From positions 68,078,001-68,142,000 of the forward strand of contig NC_087436.1 of the NCBI RefSeq assembly GCF_036321535.1: 64,000 nucleotides of DNA, in the 5' to 3' direction. Numbering within the stretch: the first letter of the stretch is position 1; every line of letters begins with the position of its first letter. Origin of the DNA: Camelus dromedarius (lineage: Eukaryota). The position numbers were made by a program, and so were the translations under genes. Under the pieces are notes generated by a model. That model did no database searches. It was not told the DNA's origin and saw only the letters and a list, made by a program, of their open reading frames with translations. Shown piece by piece: positions 12,473-26,212 of the stretch.

Positions 12473-13759
12473 AGCTAATAAACATGCACAAATTCTGAAC
12501 AGAAATACTATACATATATATTTGAGACACCTAAGAGAATAATGTACATTTATGAGTTAATAAAGATAAACTAAGACAAGCTTCTCTGTTTTTATGTTGT
12601 GAAGATTCTAGTACTTTTCTACCTGCTACACATGTATATTATATATTCTATAATATGTATTAGGAAAAAAAATCTCATCTAACTGCCAACATAAGACCAG
12701 TGCTGGTAATTTTTGCTTGCATGTTCATCCACCATAAATGGCAAAAACTAATGTGAAGGGAAAATGGTATTGCTGGTGATCTTTAAAAATAAAAACCTAT
12801 TATATCGCAAGATTTTAATGCCCAGGTGTTACCTAATGTGCTGTAAATATGTACAACAGACAATGTCAGAACAAGCTGCTTCATTTCCATGGTAACATCA
12901 GGGCCACAATGGAGGGTGCTGGTTAAAAAAGGATTCTTTTCATTAGGACCACACAACAGGAGGGGACAATTAATAGACTGAATAGAAGGCCTAATGAATT
13001 TAGTAAAAATATAATACACCCATCCCTCTAATTTTACTGTAAACACTTAGAAAGCAAGATGACAAATAAAATGCTATGTTTGATACTTCCATCCTGTTTT
13101 AAGAGACAGGTCTACAACTCTGAGATTTTAAATGTTGCATTAAATATTTCATGATGTCCTGACTAGACTAAATAGGAAAAAGAGGAACGGACAAAACTAA
13201 GTTTTGTTTTGATTGCTGAGATCACTCAAATTCCACTTGGTAAACAGCACTGCAAACTTTAATCACCATTCAGTAGAAGAAAACTAGAAAATCCAAGAGG
13301 ACCAATTAAAATAAGGCTAATAAGTCAAACCATAACATATAAATTGTCCCCGCTCAACTGGGGCTGCTATGGGTCAAGATTAAAAGAATTCTTTTTCAAG
13401 TCATGCATTTATTTGCCTGATACTCTGTCACTGTTGGGCACCAAAGACTGTAATTCAAAGTGAAAACTGTATCAGTCACTCAGAGAAACACAAGGCTAAA
13501 CATCTGCATATTTGGATGAATGGCTGGCTTTTAAATTCACCAGCTGAGAGAAGATGCACCATCAGTTGTTATCCTAAGCATGGAGAACATTAACTCAGTA
13601 TGTGTATCGAACATTAGTGCCCTTCTTATTTGGGGTATATCTTATCATCTAAGATTAGGTTGATTTTATTTAGATTATACCTACAAATAAATAATTAAAT
13701 GCTATGTGACAGGAAGAGATCTACTGTTAGAGAAATCTGCTAAGATGAAATTAACCCCA

Positions 13760-14140
13760 CTCCCTAGATGACCTTCAGTGATCAGAACAAGAGGCCTGTA
13801 TCAAACTTCTCTAACTGAAGAGTGATGTCATTTCTGTCAAGTTATTTAAAGGATCTGTGCTTCAGATTCCTTAAGTATAATATAGGCTTGAAAATTCTTG
13901 ATTTACATATCTCTAGATACAGTGATAAAGTTAGTAATTAGTGATGGATTCGTGGTTAAGAGTTCAAGCTCTACAGACTTGGTCTGAATCCTAATTATCA
14001 CTAACTTGTTATAAATGTAAGCAAACTTAAGTTTCCTCACCTGCAAATTGTTGACAAGCACTGCCTCTGAGCAATAAGTGAGAAGATGAATCCTGAATGC
14101 TTGGCACAGTGCCTGGAACACTGTAAGCAACCAATAAACG
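13760..14140 (+). mobile_element. MIR fragments
   Basis: 'gtggttaagagttcaagctct...gtttcctcacctgcaaatt...cttggcacagtgcctggaacactgtaagca'. Confidence 0.7.
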
Positions 14141-14879
14141 TGCATTTGGGAGAATCAAAGAGAAAACATGTTCAAAGCAGCTTGGAAGATGAGGAGGGCC
14201 AGAGACTCCACCATCCTTCAAATGTGAGATGCCAGAACATGTACACTACACTCCATTTTCTAAACTCCCAGAGGTTAAAATGAACAAACTTTCATTAACA
14301 CTGGCATAAATCACATATAAAACTCAATTAAACAAAAAGTATATGTATGTTCCTTCCTGCCTGCATTTATCTTTATATTTCCTTCTTAAATTTTTGAACA
14401 CCTGTCCAGAGATAGCCCGAGACCCCAGAAATCAACCCACTCTTCTATACCAAAGGAATCAAACCAGAGGTCAGACCCGACCTAGTGCTTCCTGTAGCCA
14501 CACAGGGCATAAGAGTAGCCAAAAACTGAAAATTTGAAGTTTTCAAATCAAATCAAGATTCCTGGTTTAATCAGAAAAGTTAGTAGCCCTCATACACATA
14601 CCCATCTGCTGAAATATACAAGCAGATGCCCTCCATTGAAAGGCGTGGACCTTCCAGTTCTCATGGTCCTCGCCTATTCCTATTTCTCTTGATACTGAGA
14701 CCCAGTACCAATCACCATATACCCTCATAATGTACCAAATTATTTTTCTTATAGCAAAAAAACTGCTCTCTGCACTCATACCTTCATCAAAAGCTAGCAT
14801 AATAAAGTTAGACCTTTAGACTACAAATTTCAAAAAATAATAAATAAAAAATATTTTTGTGGATTTGAAGGCTTGTTGG

Positions 14880-15210
14880 GATATTTTTAAACTTATTGAA
14901 GCAAAACATATATACAGAAAAGGACACAAATCATAAGTATACAGCTCAACGACTATTTATAAATTGAATTCATCTATACAACCAGCATTATCAGCACCCC
15001 AGAAACCCCTTGTGCCTCTTTCCACTCACTATTCCCACAAGGAAACTACTAACTTAACTTCTAATGTCATAGAATTGCTTTGTCTTTTTTAACTTTATGA
15101 AAATAGAATCATTCAGACTATATTCCTGTATTTCTGCCTTCTTGCTATCAACATCTTATTTGTGAGATTCATTCATATGGTTACATGAAGTTATAATTCT
15201 GTTGCTGCAT
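14880..15210 (-). mobile_element. Old L1 (L1ME/MC) 3'UTR fragment
   Basis: 'ttattgaagcaaaacatatatacagaaaaggacacaaatcataagtatacagctcaacg...tttgtgagattcattcat'. Confidence 0.75.
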
Positions 15211-15214
15211 TTTT

Positions 15215-15300
15215 AAGATGTAAACAAAGCTTGTCCATACCCCACTTAACTTATATTACTTGTCTGGCCCCTACTGGCAACTGAGTTTGACACCCTAATC
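15215..15300. mobile_element. hAT/Charlie-type MER DNA-transposon end remnant
   Basis: 'ttacttgtctggcccctactggcaactgagtttgacaccct' resembles a MER terminal motif. Confidence 0.45.
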
Positions 15301-17199
15301 CAAACATAAATCTTTAGGAATTCTTTCCCCTCACAATTCTCTTAAAGCCACAAAATCCATTGGCTTTTCCACAACCATTTAACTCCTGGCCTAGTGATTA
15401 AATTTTCAAACAGTTCTTCTTGCCTACACAGATACAGTTACAACAATCTCTCACAATTTGATTCTCTTGCTTGTTACGAAACTCGCTCCCCTGAAACATC
15501 TTGAATTGCCAAAGTGCGATCTTTCACCTGCCTGCTGTAATGCTGCTTTGTATGTTCTCGACGAAGAGGAAATGGTGTTCAGAGATCACAGTTTCTTTGT
15601 AAAACAGCCTAGAATAAGCACTCAGTGAGAAAAAATAATAGATGCATTAAAATAATACTTTTGGTCAATTCTAAATGATAAAAATTTTTTATCTAATATG
15701 TAGCCGTCTTCAGTTACTGATATTACATTACTGATTGCACAAGACTTTTCAGAAGGAGAATAAAACCAGTGATTCCTAACCACAAATTTACAATCTGTCT
15801 AGACATTTAATAGCTAACAAAATATCCGATGCTTAAGATACCCACACATGGTATATGTGTACTTTTAAGAGCTCTTTTGGAAAAATTAATGTGTTATGAT
15901 TCAAAATATTATTTGGGCAGCAAAGAGAAAAAGATTGCATCTGCTAACAACCAAGAACAGTTTCACCAGGGGTCCTCAGCTTCATATTTTCTCTTGAGGT
16001 TTTTCAATAGGCTTTTAAAGCAGATGCTGAGCTGGAAACTAATCCAGGAAATAAAGAAAGCCAAGGGGAAAAAATAATAATAACGAACAATTGTACTTGA
16101 TTGTTTCCATGGTCAGGGCATCCTCCTGAGTGACAGATAATTCATCTTTTGTCAGTTTCCATTGCCTAGAGATCATTCTGAGCATTGTTATCAGCAAAAA
16201 CCTCCACAAAGTGAAGGATTTTCAAACGGGAAAGCAGATGTGATGGGGTCAGGCCCTGCATGGGATGGGGATATTTGGGTTAATGATGATTGACGCCATA
16301 TCACATTTCATAAAGTACACACTTGCCAAATCAGGTCTTTCTGCCATCACGTAGGAGCAGTTGCTGAATGCCTTTACAGCAAAGCATCAAGGTCAAAGAG
16401 AAAGGAATAAACGCAAAAGAGCCCACTGCCCTTAGAAAGGTGATATAATGAATTTAGGATAACCATGTTGCATACTGCATAGGATTTGCATGACTTGCCT
16501 TTCTAAATGTCTGGCATTTATGTGGGAAATCAAAAACATTCTAAATTTCCCATACCTGTAACATGCACTTTGCTGTTTGGTTTGTGGGATATATTTTTTA
16601 CTTTGTTTCTCATAATATTAAGTAAACTCTTAATGTTATTACTTTAAAAGAATTAGTCAAGTGGTGAAGTTTTAATTGTTTTCATAACACATTTGGTGAT
16701 TTGGGACAAAAAAGTCACATAAAATACAAATATATATCCAACGGTACCCTCTCTTATTTGATGGTATATAGAAAGACAGTGATTTTCTTACCACTTCCAG
16801 CTTTAGTAAGAGATAGGTTTTTTTATTATTTGTATGATATTTCAATATGGGCACATATTTACAAGCTATAAAGGAACAATTTTCAAACATGCTCAAGGGG
16901 AGAAGAGCCTTTACCATTTTAAACTTAGAAATAAATCTTTGTAAAACCATTATCCTGTTGTTTTAGAGTTTGATGTTTTCAAGGAAGGATAATGAATGGT
17001 GCAACTATCCTAAAATAGTCCTGGAAAAGCCTAATAGTTATTATTAAATTGACATATTTACAAGGCTCTTAAAGCATTTTTGATTTTCTACAGCTATTGG
17101 TATAATATTAACTTTTCCAAAACAGGTATAATATTTTAAAGAAGCTTATAGTCAGTGTTGGTGTAGAAGCCAGCATGGTTGATTCTACAATTTCTTTTC

Positions 17200-18206
17200 T
17201 ATAATGGATATTTAGCTGAAGAGATTTCTAAGCAAAGTGTTCATGGAAAGGCTTGGTTTCTCCTGTCTACCTATAGTAAAATTTAAGAAGAGAGAATAAG
17301 GAATTGTTAAACAAAAGGAACCAGAATGAGAAAATGTGTTCAGAAGAGAACACCAAAGGTGTGGTTGGCTGATTATTCCATAGAGAGATTAGTTGTGGGT
17401 GTGAACCATGGATTTAAACAGCCACCTCAACAGAAGTCAGGAATTGGGATAAGATTGTATCAACAGAAACACTGCCTGCTGGGATTAAAGGTAACAGAGA
17501 AAATAGGATAGAATGAAGGAAGGCTGAAAACATGTGTTATTCTTCAAGAAAAGAAGGACTCCAAAGGTGATTCAGAGATCATCAGGGCTATTCCCACCAT
17601 AGACCCAGGGGACAAGGTTGCCTCCACTTTGGTTTCAAAGCATAGACCTGCTGCCCGGCACAGCCATCTAGGCAGGATCCTTGCAAAGATCCACACAGGC
17701 AGGGCTACCCCAGGCTAAGGAGACGGGGTGCCCCACTGAGCCACAGGGTTGAGGCCACCATCCCAGTGGGTTCAATAGGTGGGGCTACTGTGCAAGGGGT
17801 CTGGATAGCAGAGCATCAAACCAAAGAGGGTTATTCTCAAAGTTTACTGTCTAATGGTATTTGCCTTGCTAGGTTTTAAACTTGCCTGGGACCCATCACC
17901 TCTTTCTTCCTTCTTATTTCTCCTTTTTGGAATGAGGACATCTGCCCTATGCCTATCCAATCATTGATTTTGAAAGCACATGACTTGGCTTTTTTCACAG
18001 GTTCACAGGTGGGGAGAAGCTTTGCTTCAGGATGAATCCTAGCTCTAGTCTCACCTACATCTGATTTAGGTGATATTTAGATGAGACTTTGGGCTTCAGG
18101 CTTTATAGAGTTGATGCTGGAACCAGTTTAGACTTGGTGGCTGCTGGGATGGGATTAGCATATTTTACATCTGAGAAGAAATGAATTTGGGGGGTCAGGA
18201 GCAGAA
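17200..18206 (+). mobile_element. MaLR internal region (MLT1A-type int), 5'-truncated
   Basis: 'ggatatttagctgaagagatttctaagcaaagtgtt...ttggtttctcctg...tatagtaaaat'; ends in a polypurine tract 'ggggggtcaggagcagaa' next to the LTR. Confidence 0.85.
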
Positions 18207-18559
18207 CGCTACAGATTAAATGCTTGTGTTCCCCAAATGTGATGGTATTTGGGGTGGGGCCTTTAGGAAATAATTAGGTTTAGATGAGGCCATGAGGGTG
18301 GGGTCCCCAAAATATAATTAGTGTCCTTATAAGATGAGCGCTCCCATGTGCTCTCACTCTCACTCTCTCCCTCTCTCTTCTATTTGAGGACACAGCAAGA
18401 AGACAGAAGTCCATGAATCAGGAAGCAGGTTCTTACCAGACATCTAATCTGCTGGTCCTTGATCTTGGACTTCCCTGCCTCCAGAACTGTGAGAAATAAA
18501 ATTTCTGTTATTTATAAGCCTATGCTATTTTGTTACAGCAGCTTGAATGGACTAACATA
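18207..18559 (+). mobile_element. MaLR LTR (MLT1A/A0-like), 3' LTR of the element above
   Basis: 'gtgatggtatttggggtggggcctttagg...ttgatcttggacttccctgcctccagaactgtgagaaataaa...ttgttacagcagc...gactaacata'. Confidence 0.9.
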
Positions 18560-20129
18560 GCTCAAGCTAAGACAAAAGGAAAATCCCACACAGAACCTTA
18601 ATAACAGGTAGGGGTTATGAACCATCTCCCCAGGTGATTAGAATACATAAAGAGAACTGAAATCACAGGAGACTCATGAGATCACAAAGATTAAATATAA
18701 AAGTTGTCAGAGCTCTTTGAGACATCAGCCTGGGGTCCTTTCTTATACCCTTAAAAGGATAATCTTTAAATATTTAATGTATTTGAATCCTTCAAGCTAA
18801 GGATTCCAGGTAAACCCAAAGAGGAATCACAGTGAGGGCAAGTGAAACAGATGAGAATGCAGAAGAGTATTGTTCACATTTCCTTGTGAGGACTCCATTG
18901 AAGTCTCTGTGAATTTTTCTCTTAGAGACCTTATTTTGGGGGTATATTGAATAATAAAAGCATACATACCTAAGATCAGGGAAGTGCCTGACCAACTAAA
19001 CCGCTTAATAAAATACAAACAGAACTCATTCCCTCTTTAGGGCAGTGCCAGTCAAATTATATCCTAATCATATACTGCACAAAGATACCTTGGTGACATT
19101 TTTAAGGGAATATCTGCATACCAAAGTACCAGGCTAAAAGTACAGAAAATGAAGCCTTTCAAATCCGCTCTCACAAATCTCAGCTAGACAGAAATCCAAA
19201 CAACAAAAGCAGTGAAGAAGAGGGTTCATAGCTTTCTGCTGGAGGCAGTAGAGGGGAGGGAATGAGATTTTTACTTTCTCATCGCTCAGGGTAAAATTGC
19301 TCCAACCTGAAGGCAACATGAAAAATGGAGAGAGGGGTTAACATAGAACAGTAACCCTGAGAATCATTCCCTCTTGAAGCCTTCTCTTTTTCACAATGAC
19401 ATCTTGGCTAGAATAAAACTGGCAAGCCTGATGGACACCACCACCGCCACATTTGCAGGAGATGTCTTTTTTTTTTTTTCCTTCCTTCAGATGTATTATA
19501 AGACATTAGGCATTCTGAACAGAGAAGAGCTCTGCATAACTGTGTGCAAAACCTAATAGTCAGGTATTTATAGTCTAAATCTATATATATTGCACCGCTA
19601 CATTCATTTAGCATTTCCCAGGAAGAGCACATGATACGCTGTGTGCAAGGCAATCTTTCTGTGTTTTCAATAATAAATCCATCCTAACATAAAAGGAGGC
19701 TACAGATGATGAGCTTCACAACTCAGAGGAATGAGGAATAAGAACAGGAAGGTATTCTATTTGTATATCTTTTGTGCCATTCACACAAGCATATCAAAAC
19801 CTCCCAACAATATTCCAGAGAAAGGACAACTATATATAGGAAACAAAAAAGAGAAAAACCAAAAAGCTTGTATGTGTTACGCAAAAACACAGGTTATACT
19901 TAATAATTTCACACTGAGATGTCTAAAAGCAACTCGTACTCAAAGCAGTCCCTTAAAAGATCATAATGCTTTGAACTTTGGTTTTTATTTTTAAAACTAA
20001 GATTCTTTTCTATTAAATTATAGCATACACACAAATAAAAAGCAAAATATGCTAAAGGACTTTGGTTAAAATTAATTGATTTTCTCCTTCCCTTCCCCAT
20101 CCTAAGCTTAATTTTATTGGTCATAATAC

Positions 20130-21480
20130 ACTACTTTTAACAATGTTTATTGTTATTGGCTTTTGTTTTTCATGTGATCCATATTTATGAATAACACACT
20201 CATGTAACTGTTTTGGGTTTTTTTTTTTTAATTTATCAAATTTAGACCTTATTCACTGTCTTCCTCCTGATAACTCATACATAACTCATTTATACCCTTG
20301 CTCATTACCTCTTACCTATCACTTCCCAATATGGTAATATTATTAGTTCTACTATTTGGTTAATTTTACAATTTCAATTTCTTGTAATAACAGATTACAG
20401 AAGAGAATCTGAAAAGAAAATACATGTATGTATGTATGTATATGTATAACTGAATCACTTTGCTGTACCTGAAACTAACATTGTAAATCAACACTTTCAA
20501 CAAAAAAAATTTTTTTAAATCTGCTTATAACCTTATTTCTTATTACAAAAAATAGAGACAAAACACTGTGTGTGTCTGTATTCTCTCCTTAACTTACCCT
20601 TCTCTTCTATTTTGATCATCTTCCAGCTTGTAATTTTTATTACCTCTACTTTTCTATTTCTCAAGTTTATAATATTCATAGTTGGTTCTCTAATTATAAA
20701 GTTTTTCATTTTCATATCTAGAAATTGATTCTAAACGCTGAAAATAAAGAACCCCCCAAAAATCTGGAGTTTTTGTTCACTGTCTTGGGCTGTATCTTTT
20801 TCTTGTATTGCTTTTTTTGTGATTCTACTTTTCCCTAGAATTATCAGTTGCCTTTCTATTCGTGTATGTATTATCTTTATCACCTTATTAAATTGTTTCA
20901 GAATTTCAAGAAAAATATCAAATCCCATTTTATCACCATCTACTGCCCAACAGATTATCACTTAAAGTAACATTCTGATAAAAAGTGAAGGGGAGGTTTA
21001 CTTTCTGAGTCTTTGAATGCTAAAAGTAAAATTTTTGCTGATATAAAATTCTAGGTTTAAAATCATTTTTCTTTAGATCTTTGAATCATTTCCTGTTACC
21101 AGAATAATTCCTGTTTCCATTTAATCTATCTTTTCTTTATCTACAGAAGCTCTTAAGATCATCTTTTTACCCTTAATATTTGAAAATATCGATGTCTTGT
21201 GATTCTTTTTAATCATCTGACTCTACATCTAGCAAGACTTCAGCTCTAGCTACGTTTTATAGTATCCTATTCTTCTTTCACAGACTATAATATTTTCTCA
21301 AAACTATATACCTAAAAATATCTTTCAATGTGTCTTTTGTTCCCTAATTTATCTTTTTCCTCTCATTATTTTTCTTCTTTAAAAAAATTTTATATTGGTG
21401 TCTTGGATAGCCAAGAATCTTAGTTGTTTTATTTGTTTTGTTTCGCTTATGCAAGGAACAGAGGGTACCCCTTGAATTTT
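20130..21480 (-). mobile_element. Old L1/HAL1-like fragments (antisense)
   Basis: T-rich strand bias; 'tataaaattctagg...ttttctttagatctttgaa'. Confidence 0.5.
20385..20510 (+). mobile_element. Short cetartiodactyl L1 3' end
   Basis: 'gaatctgaaaaga...tatatgtataactgaatcactttgctgtacctgaaactaacattgtaaatcaac' followed by an A-tail. Confidence 0.85.
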
Positions 21481-21529
21481 CAACTTATTTGAAAAAAATA
21501 TTGATTTTTTCCAGTTGCCTAACATGTCT

Positions 21530-22595
21530 CATAACACTAACTATTATCAGTACGCAAATAATGACCCTCCAATGTATATCTCCAGTCAGGACTCCTCTTC
21601 TTAACTCCAGAATCAAAATAAAATTGCTTAGTCAAAAATTACTTGATTTCTAATTGAATCTCATTCTTAATTTGTCCAAAAATGAAGTCCTGATCCCACA
21701 TTCCTCTAGCACTAAATTTTCTTCTCCCACATTGTTCTCATCCTGCAGGGCTTAGTACAAAAACTTCAGAATTTTTCTTAATACTTTCACAACCACCAGT
21801 CAACCCATCAGAAAATGATCTCAGCTCAACTTCCTAAACATTGCCAGAATCAAACTATTTCTCAGTATCTCCACTGCTGCCCATCTGACTCAGGTTCCTA
21901 TCATATCAATCCTGGATTATAGTTGTACCCTCTTATCTGATCCACCAATATTTCCCTAGGGCCCATGCTCTGCAGAGTACTCAAAGTGACAGTTTTAACA
22001 TATAAATCAGATCATGTCATGCTTTTGCTAAAAATTCCACAAATACATAAAAGTTCAAAAAGTCCTCCCATATCTGATGGTCTGAATTCATATACACAGA
22101 TTTTCCTCTCTCTTTGAACCTCCAGCTCCATCTCTGTCTCACTCCCTCCCCCTCTGTTTTAGTTGCACTGGCCTCCTTGCTGTTACACAAACATCTCATG
22201 ACCTCTGTGACGTCAGAGCACTTCTACTCACTGTTCTCTCTGCCTGATACTCTTTTTCCAGATATCCTCATAGATCACTCTGTTAACTTTCTTCAAGTAT
22301 ATGCTCAAACACAACCTTAACAGAGAAACTTAACCATTCCACCCTATAAAATAGAAACTTCCTCTGATTCCTTCAGCCAGACTCACTATTCTCCATAGCA
22401 CTTAACAACACCAGACACATGTCATATTTATTTCATTTTTTTCTCCTTACTACCCGACAACTAGAATGTAAGAGCCTCAAGAGCAGATTTTTTTTTCCTT
22501 TGGTTAACTGCAAATATCTCTAGCACTCACAAAATTGCCTGGACATAGCAGGAGCTTATTTAATATATGTTGAATAAATGAATGAAAGGATAATG
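21530..22595 (+). mobile_element. L2 LINE 3' portion
   Basis: 'tatatctccagtc...tctccactgctgccc...aaatcagatcatgtca...ctagaatgtaagagcctc...tgttgaataaatgaatgaa' (L2 3' tail). Confidence 0.85.
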
Positions 22596-22599
22596 AATA

Positions 22600-24280
22600 A
22601 ATGATGAGACAATATTAAATATGGTCATAAATGATTTCAATAGTGAGACAGAGAAAGCTTGACATTTGGACCCAAAAGAAGTCCAGAGAGGCCAGCCCAG
22701 TGAACAAGGAGAAAGAGCCTTTGGGATGACAATGATGACTCAAGGGCAGGCTGGTCACTCTGGGACTTGTACAGCAGGCTGAAGAATTTTTTATTTTATT
22801 TTAAGGGAAATGTTAAGTCATTAAAAGATTTAAACAAAGGAATAATATGTTCTCATTTTTCTCCCAAATTTTAATTGTTCAACTGAGTGAAATATAAAAT
22901 AAAATAGAGCCAAGAGAAGAAGAGAGACTATCAAAAAGGTCATTGCCAGAGTTTGGATGAGACAGGATGCCTGTTGGAAAAAGTGGTGGCAGTGGGAGAT
23001 AAGAGCAAAGATAAATTTAGAGTATATGTTGTAAGTAGGAACAATAGGAATTACCAATCATTTGCAACATAGTGAAGCAGAGGAATTTTGGCTTGAATAA
23101 TTATGGATGAAGTGCTAAAGATCAAAATGGGAAAAACTAAAGGAAGAAAGGTTTTGTGGGCAGAAATCAAGCATTTGGTTTGAATGTATTAAGTCTGAGA
23201 CACTTGTGATGGTTTAAGACTCTCTCCATTAATGGGACCTTGCTTCACCACTCTCCTCAGTAACAGTAACCACTGCCCCAGGAAACTTCCTGGGCACCAG
23301 ACTCTCTGCCAAGCACTTGGCAAGAAGTGAAGCCCAATATCTAAGTTTTAGGATATTCCAGGCTACCTTTATTTGGAGATTCTAGAACCCAATACAACAG
23401 GAAGTCAATACAGTCTTACATAGATTTTGTAACTGAACTCAAATGTGAAGCCACTCTATGTGACTTAGCCCCTATTTCTCCTTTGACAGGAGGTGATGTC
23501 CTAGCAGGAAATCTGGCCTGAATGCAGAAGTTTATTAAAAAATTCATATTTGATTCTCTCTTCTATGGCAGAGAACCCTAAATGGCCACAAAGAAACTGC
23601 ATCCCCCTTCTCACGTCAAGGGGAAATGACGAAAGTGCATAGGACAGCCACAATTAGGCAGATGAGGGTCTGTTCAGTAGTCACAAAATGGACTACTCTC
23701 AACCTCCAGTCTTTTCTCTATAACCCTCAAACTGCCAGCTGCAAACTGCCTAGGGTTTAAAAAAGTGGTTTGGGCATGAGAAATAAATTTAGAAATTATG
23801 AGCTCAAAGGAAGCAATTAAAGCCATGGGAAGAATTAAGTAATCTAGGAAGGATGTATATAAAGGAAACAGGCACACAGAGAGCTCTAGACTTCATAATG
23901 CCTAAGGTTTGGGTAGAAAAAGAAGGCTCTAAGAAAGACTATGAAGGAAAAGTTGAAGAAAAAGGATGAAAAGCAGAAGAGGGTGATGAGAACTAAGAGG
24001 AACTAGTGTTCTCAATAAAGAGGAAATGAGCTTTTATCCCAGTTTTGCTGAGAGGTTAGATAAAGTAGAAACTGAATGTAGCAATACTGGAAATCATGGG
24101 AAGAGAGTTAGTGTCACAATGCAGGAGGAAAAAATCATGATGGCTTAATGAGCAATTAGACAATGAGACAGTGAAGATACCTTAGATAGAATATAACACC
24201 AAAAAAAAAAAAAAAAAGATGTTAAAATGAGCAAAGAAATGCCTCAGTAGCTGGAAGGATGTGGGAGTCAAAGAAGTAAT
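22600..24280 (-). mobile_element. L2 LINE (antisense), interrupted at ~23205-23750 by an LTR-like block
   Basis: G/A-rich L2-like words ('gtggcagtgggagataagag', 'ttttgctgagaggttagataa'). The inner block begins 'tgtgatggtttaagac'. Confidence 0.65.
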
Positions 24281-24639
24281 TTTTAAACAAGTGTACCAAA
24301 AGGTAGGCAGAGAAGGAACAGCAGCGAGCTGAACAGACCCTTTCAGATGGTGCTGGCCAAGCAAATACAAGCACACCGTGGAGCCCAGGCCAGTAAGATC
24401 AATCCATTGGCAGAGAACAGCTTTGGGGCCTTTAGGGTTCTGGGTTTGGAAAATGTCCTCTAATAACCTGAGGTACCTTTGAACCACATTCTTTGAGGGC
24501 AGTCAAGTATTGTGTGAAATATTATGGGATTTTGAGAGACCAGAGAACTATGTGTAAGACCTTTAGTTACTATAGTATTTTCCCTGATATTTACTAATGT
24601 TGTTATTATTACTATTACTATTATAATCATTAAACTTCT

Positions 24640-24800
24640 TTATCTAATACTATTTGTATAGTCTCACCAGCTGCCTAGCACTGTCCTAAGAACTGCACAA
24701 ATATTAACTCATTTAATCCTCATTACAGCCATATAAGGTGCACAGAATTATTATCTTTATTTTACAAACTGAGGCACAGAGAATTCCATAAGGAAAGCAG
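24640..24800 (-). mobile_element. MIR
   Basis: 'attaactcatttaatcctcattacagcc...attttacaaactgaggcacagaga'. Confidence 0.8.
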
Positions 24801-25249
24801 TCTGTTTTCAGAGGTCTTGACTTCAAGCTCTGCATAAAGTTGTTGCTGTTTCATATAAGTGCTTGTTTGCAAATGAGGGTTGTTAATATTGTCAGGTGGA
24901 AAACACTTCACTCAACTTCTGGATGAGTGATTCAAGTCAAGTGAAGAACAACTCTTCCGTTAATTAATGGGGACGCTCTTTGGGACTTTGGGTATTGTTC
25001 ACATAAAGGGTCTACAAGCAAGCTGCACTGGCAATGTGTTTTCCATTATTCATTTTCTTTAAACCTCATGAGATGTAAGAGTCAACAAGCTTAATTTTTA
25101 ATCATGAATAGGAATGGCTAGTGAAGAAATGATTACTATTATGGCTTTGTTTCATTTTAGGGAACAGGATTCCTACCTGGTACCCTGACTCCTTTGCAGA
25201 GTTCTCCTCTAAGAAGTCTGTAAAAGAGCATCTGAAAATTGTTGACCTC

Positions 25250-26000
25250 TATAATCAGAAACTCAACATCTCCTGTCTGACAAGCTGATTCTTTCTCTCA
25301 CTAAAAATAAATATGTTCTTTAACCTCAAAATATCCTGATTCCCTTGACCCTTCTTTTTTGCCCTACCCATCACTTATTTCTAGCCTTACCTCCTTACCT
25401 GCCCATCCTAAATCCACTGGTATCAATTTACTGATCTTTTTTACCAGTACCCTCAATTTCTTTACTTTTACATGTTTCTGGTTCAACATCCTAAAAATGA
25501 TGACTTAAGTAAATCCAAACATCTGAATTCTCCCCTCCAGCCACTTCTGAAAATGCAACCATGAACTAGGACAATTGTATGGACTGATGATGCTACAAGC
25601 AACAATCTTTTTCAATGACTCAGGCCAGTTCCCTTTCTCCTTCTCTCTTCTCATTACTACATGGGCTGGACGCTGCCTGATTCAATTTCAGCCTCATATG
25701 ACAGAGAGGAATGAAGTACTTCATCTGCCTCCTCACCACGACTATCACCTTCATCCCCATGTCAGAAGAGGAAACATGGCTTCTCTTTTCCAAGGAATTC
25801 CTTTCATTAATACTTTATCTGCCATCCTCCCATTTCCTCCAGGATCTTGCTCCCACCACCATCCAATTTTCTTGTACGGGCAACGTTTCACATTCCATTG
25901 GTTCCTTCCTATACATACAAGCCAAAATATAGCCAAGTACTGAGATATAAATAAAAATAAATGAATAGAACACTTCCTCTATAACCTACATACCATCTGG
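25250..26000 (+). mobile_element. L2 fragment
   Basis: C/T-rich decayed L2-like sequence. Confidence 0.55.
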
Positions 26001-26044
26001 TATTCAACACTACACATCACATCCACCCTTCCCAAAATATTAAT

Positions 26045-26212
26045 GCTTGCTGAAGATTTTTGGAGCACTCATTGTATGTCAGGCTCAGTTCTAAGAACTT
26101 TACTGTTAAGTCATGCAACAACCCTGTGAGGTAGCATTTTTATTATCCTCATTTTACAGAAGAAAATTTTAGTCACAGCAAGTTTAAGTACACCGCCCAG
26201 AGGCACACAGAG
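26045..26212 (-). mobile_element. MIR
   Basis: 'caaccctgtgaggtagc...attatcctcattttacagaagaaaa'. Confidence 0.8.
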
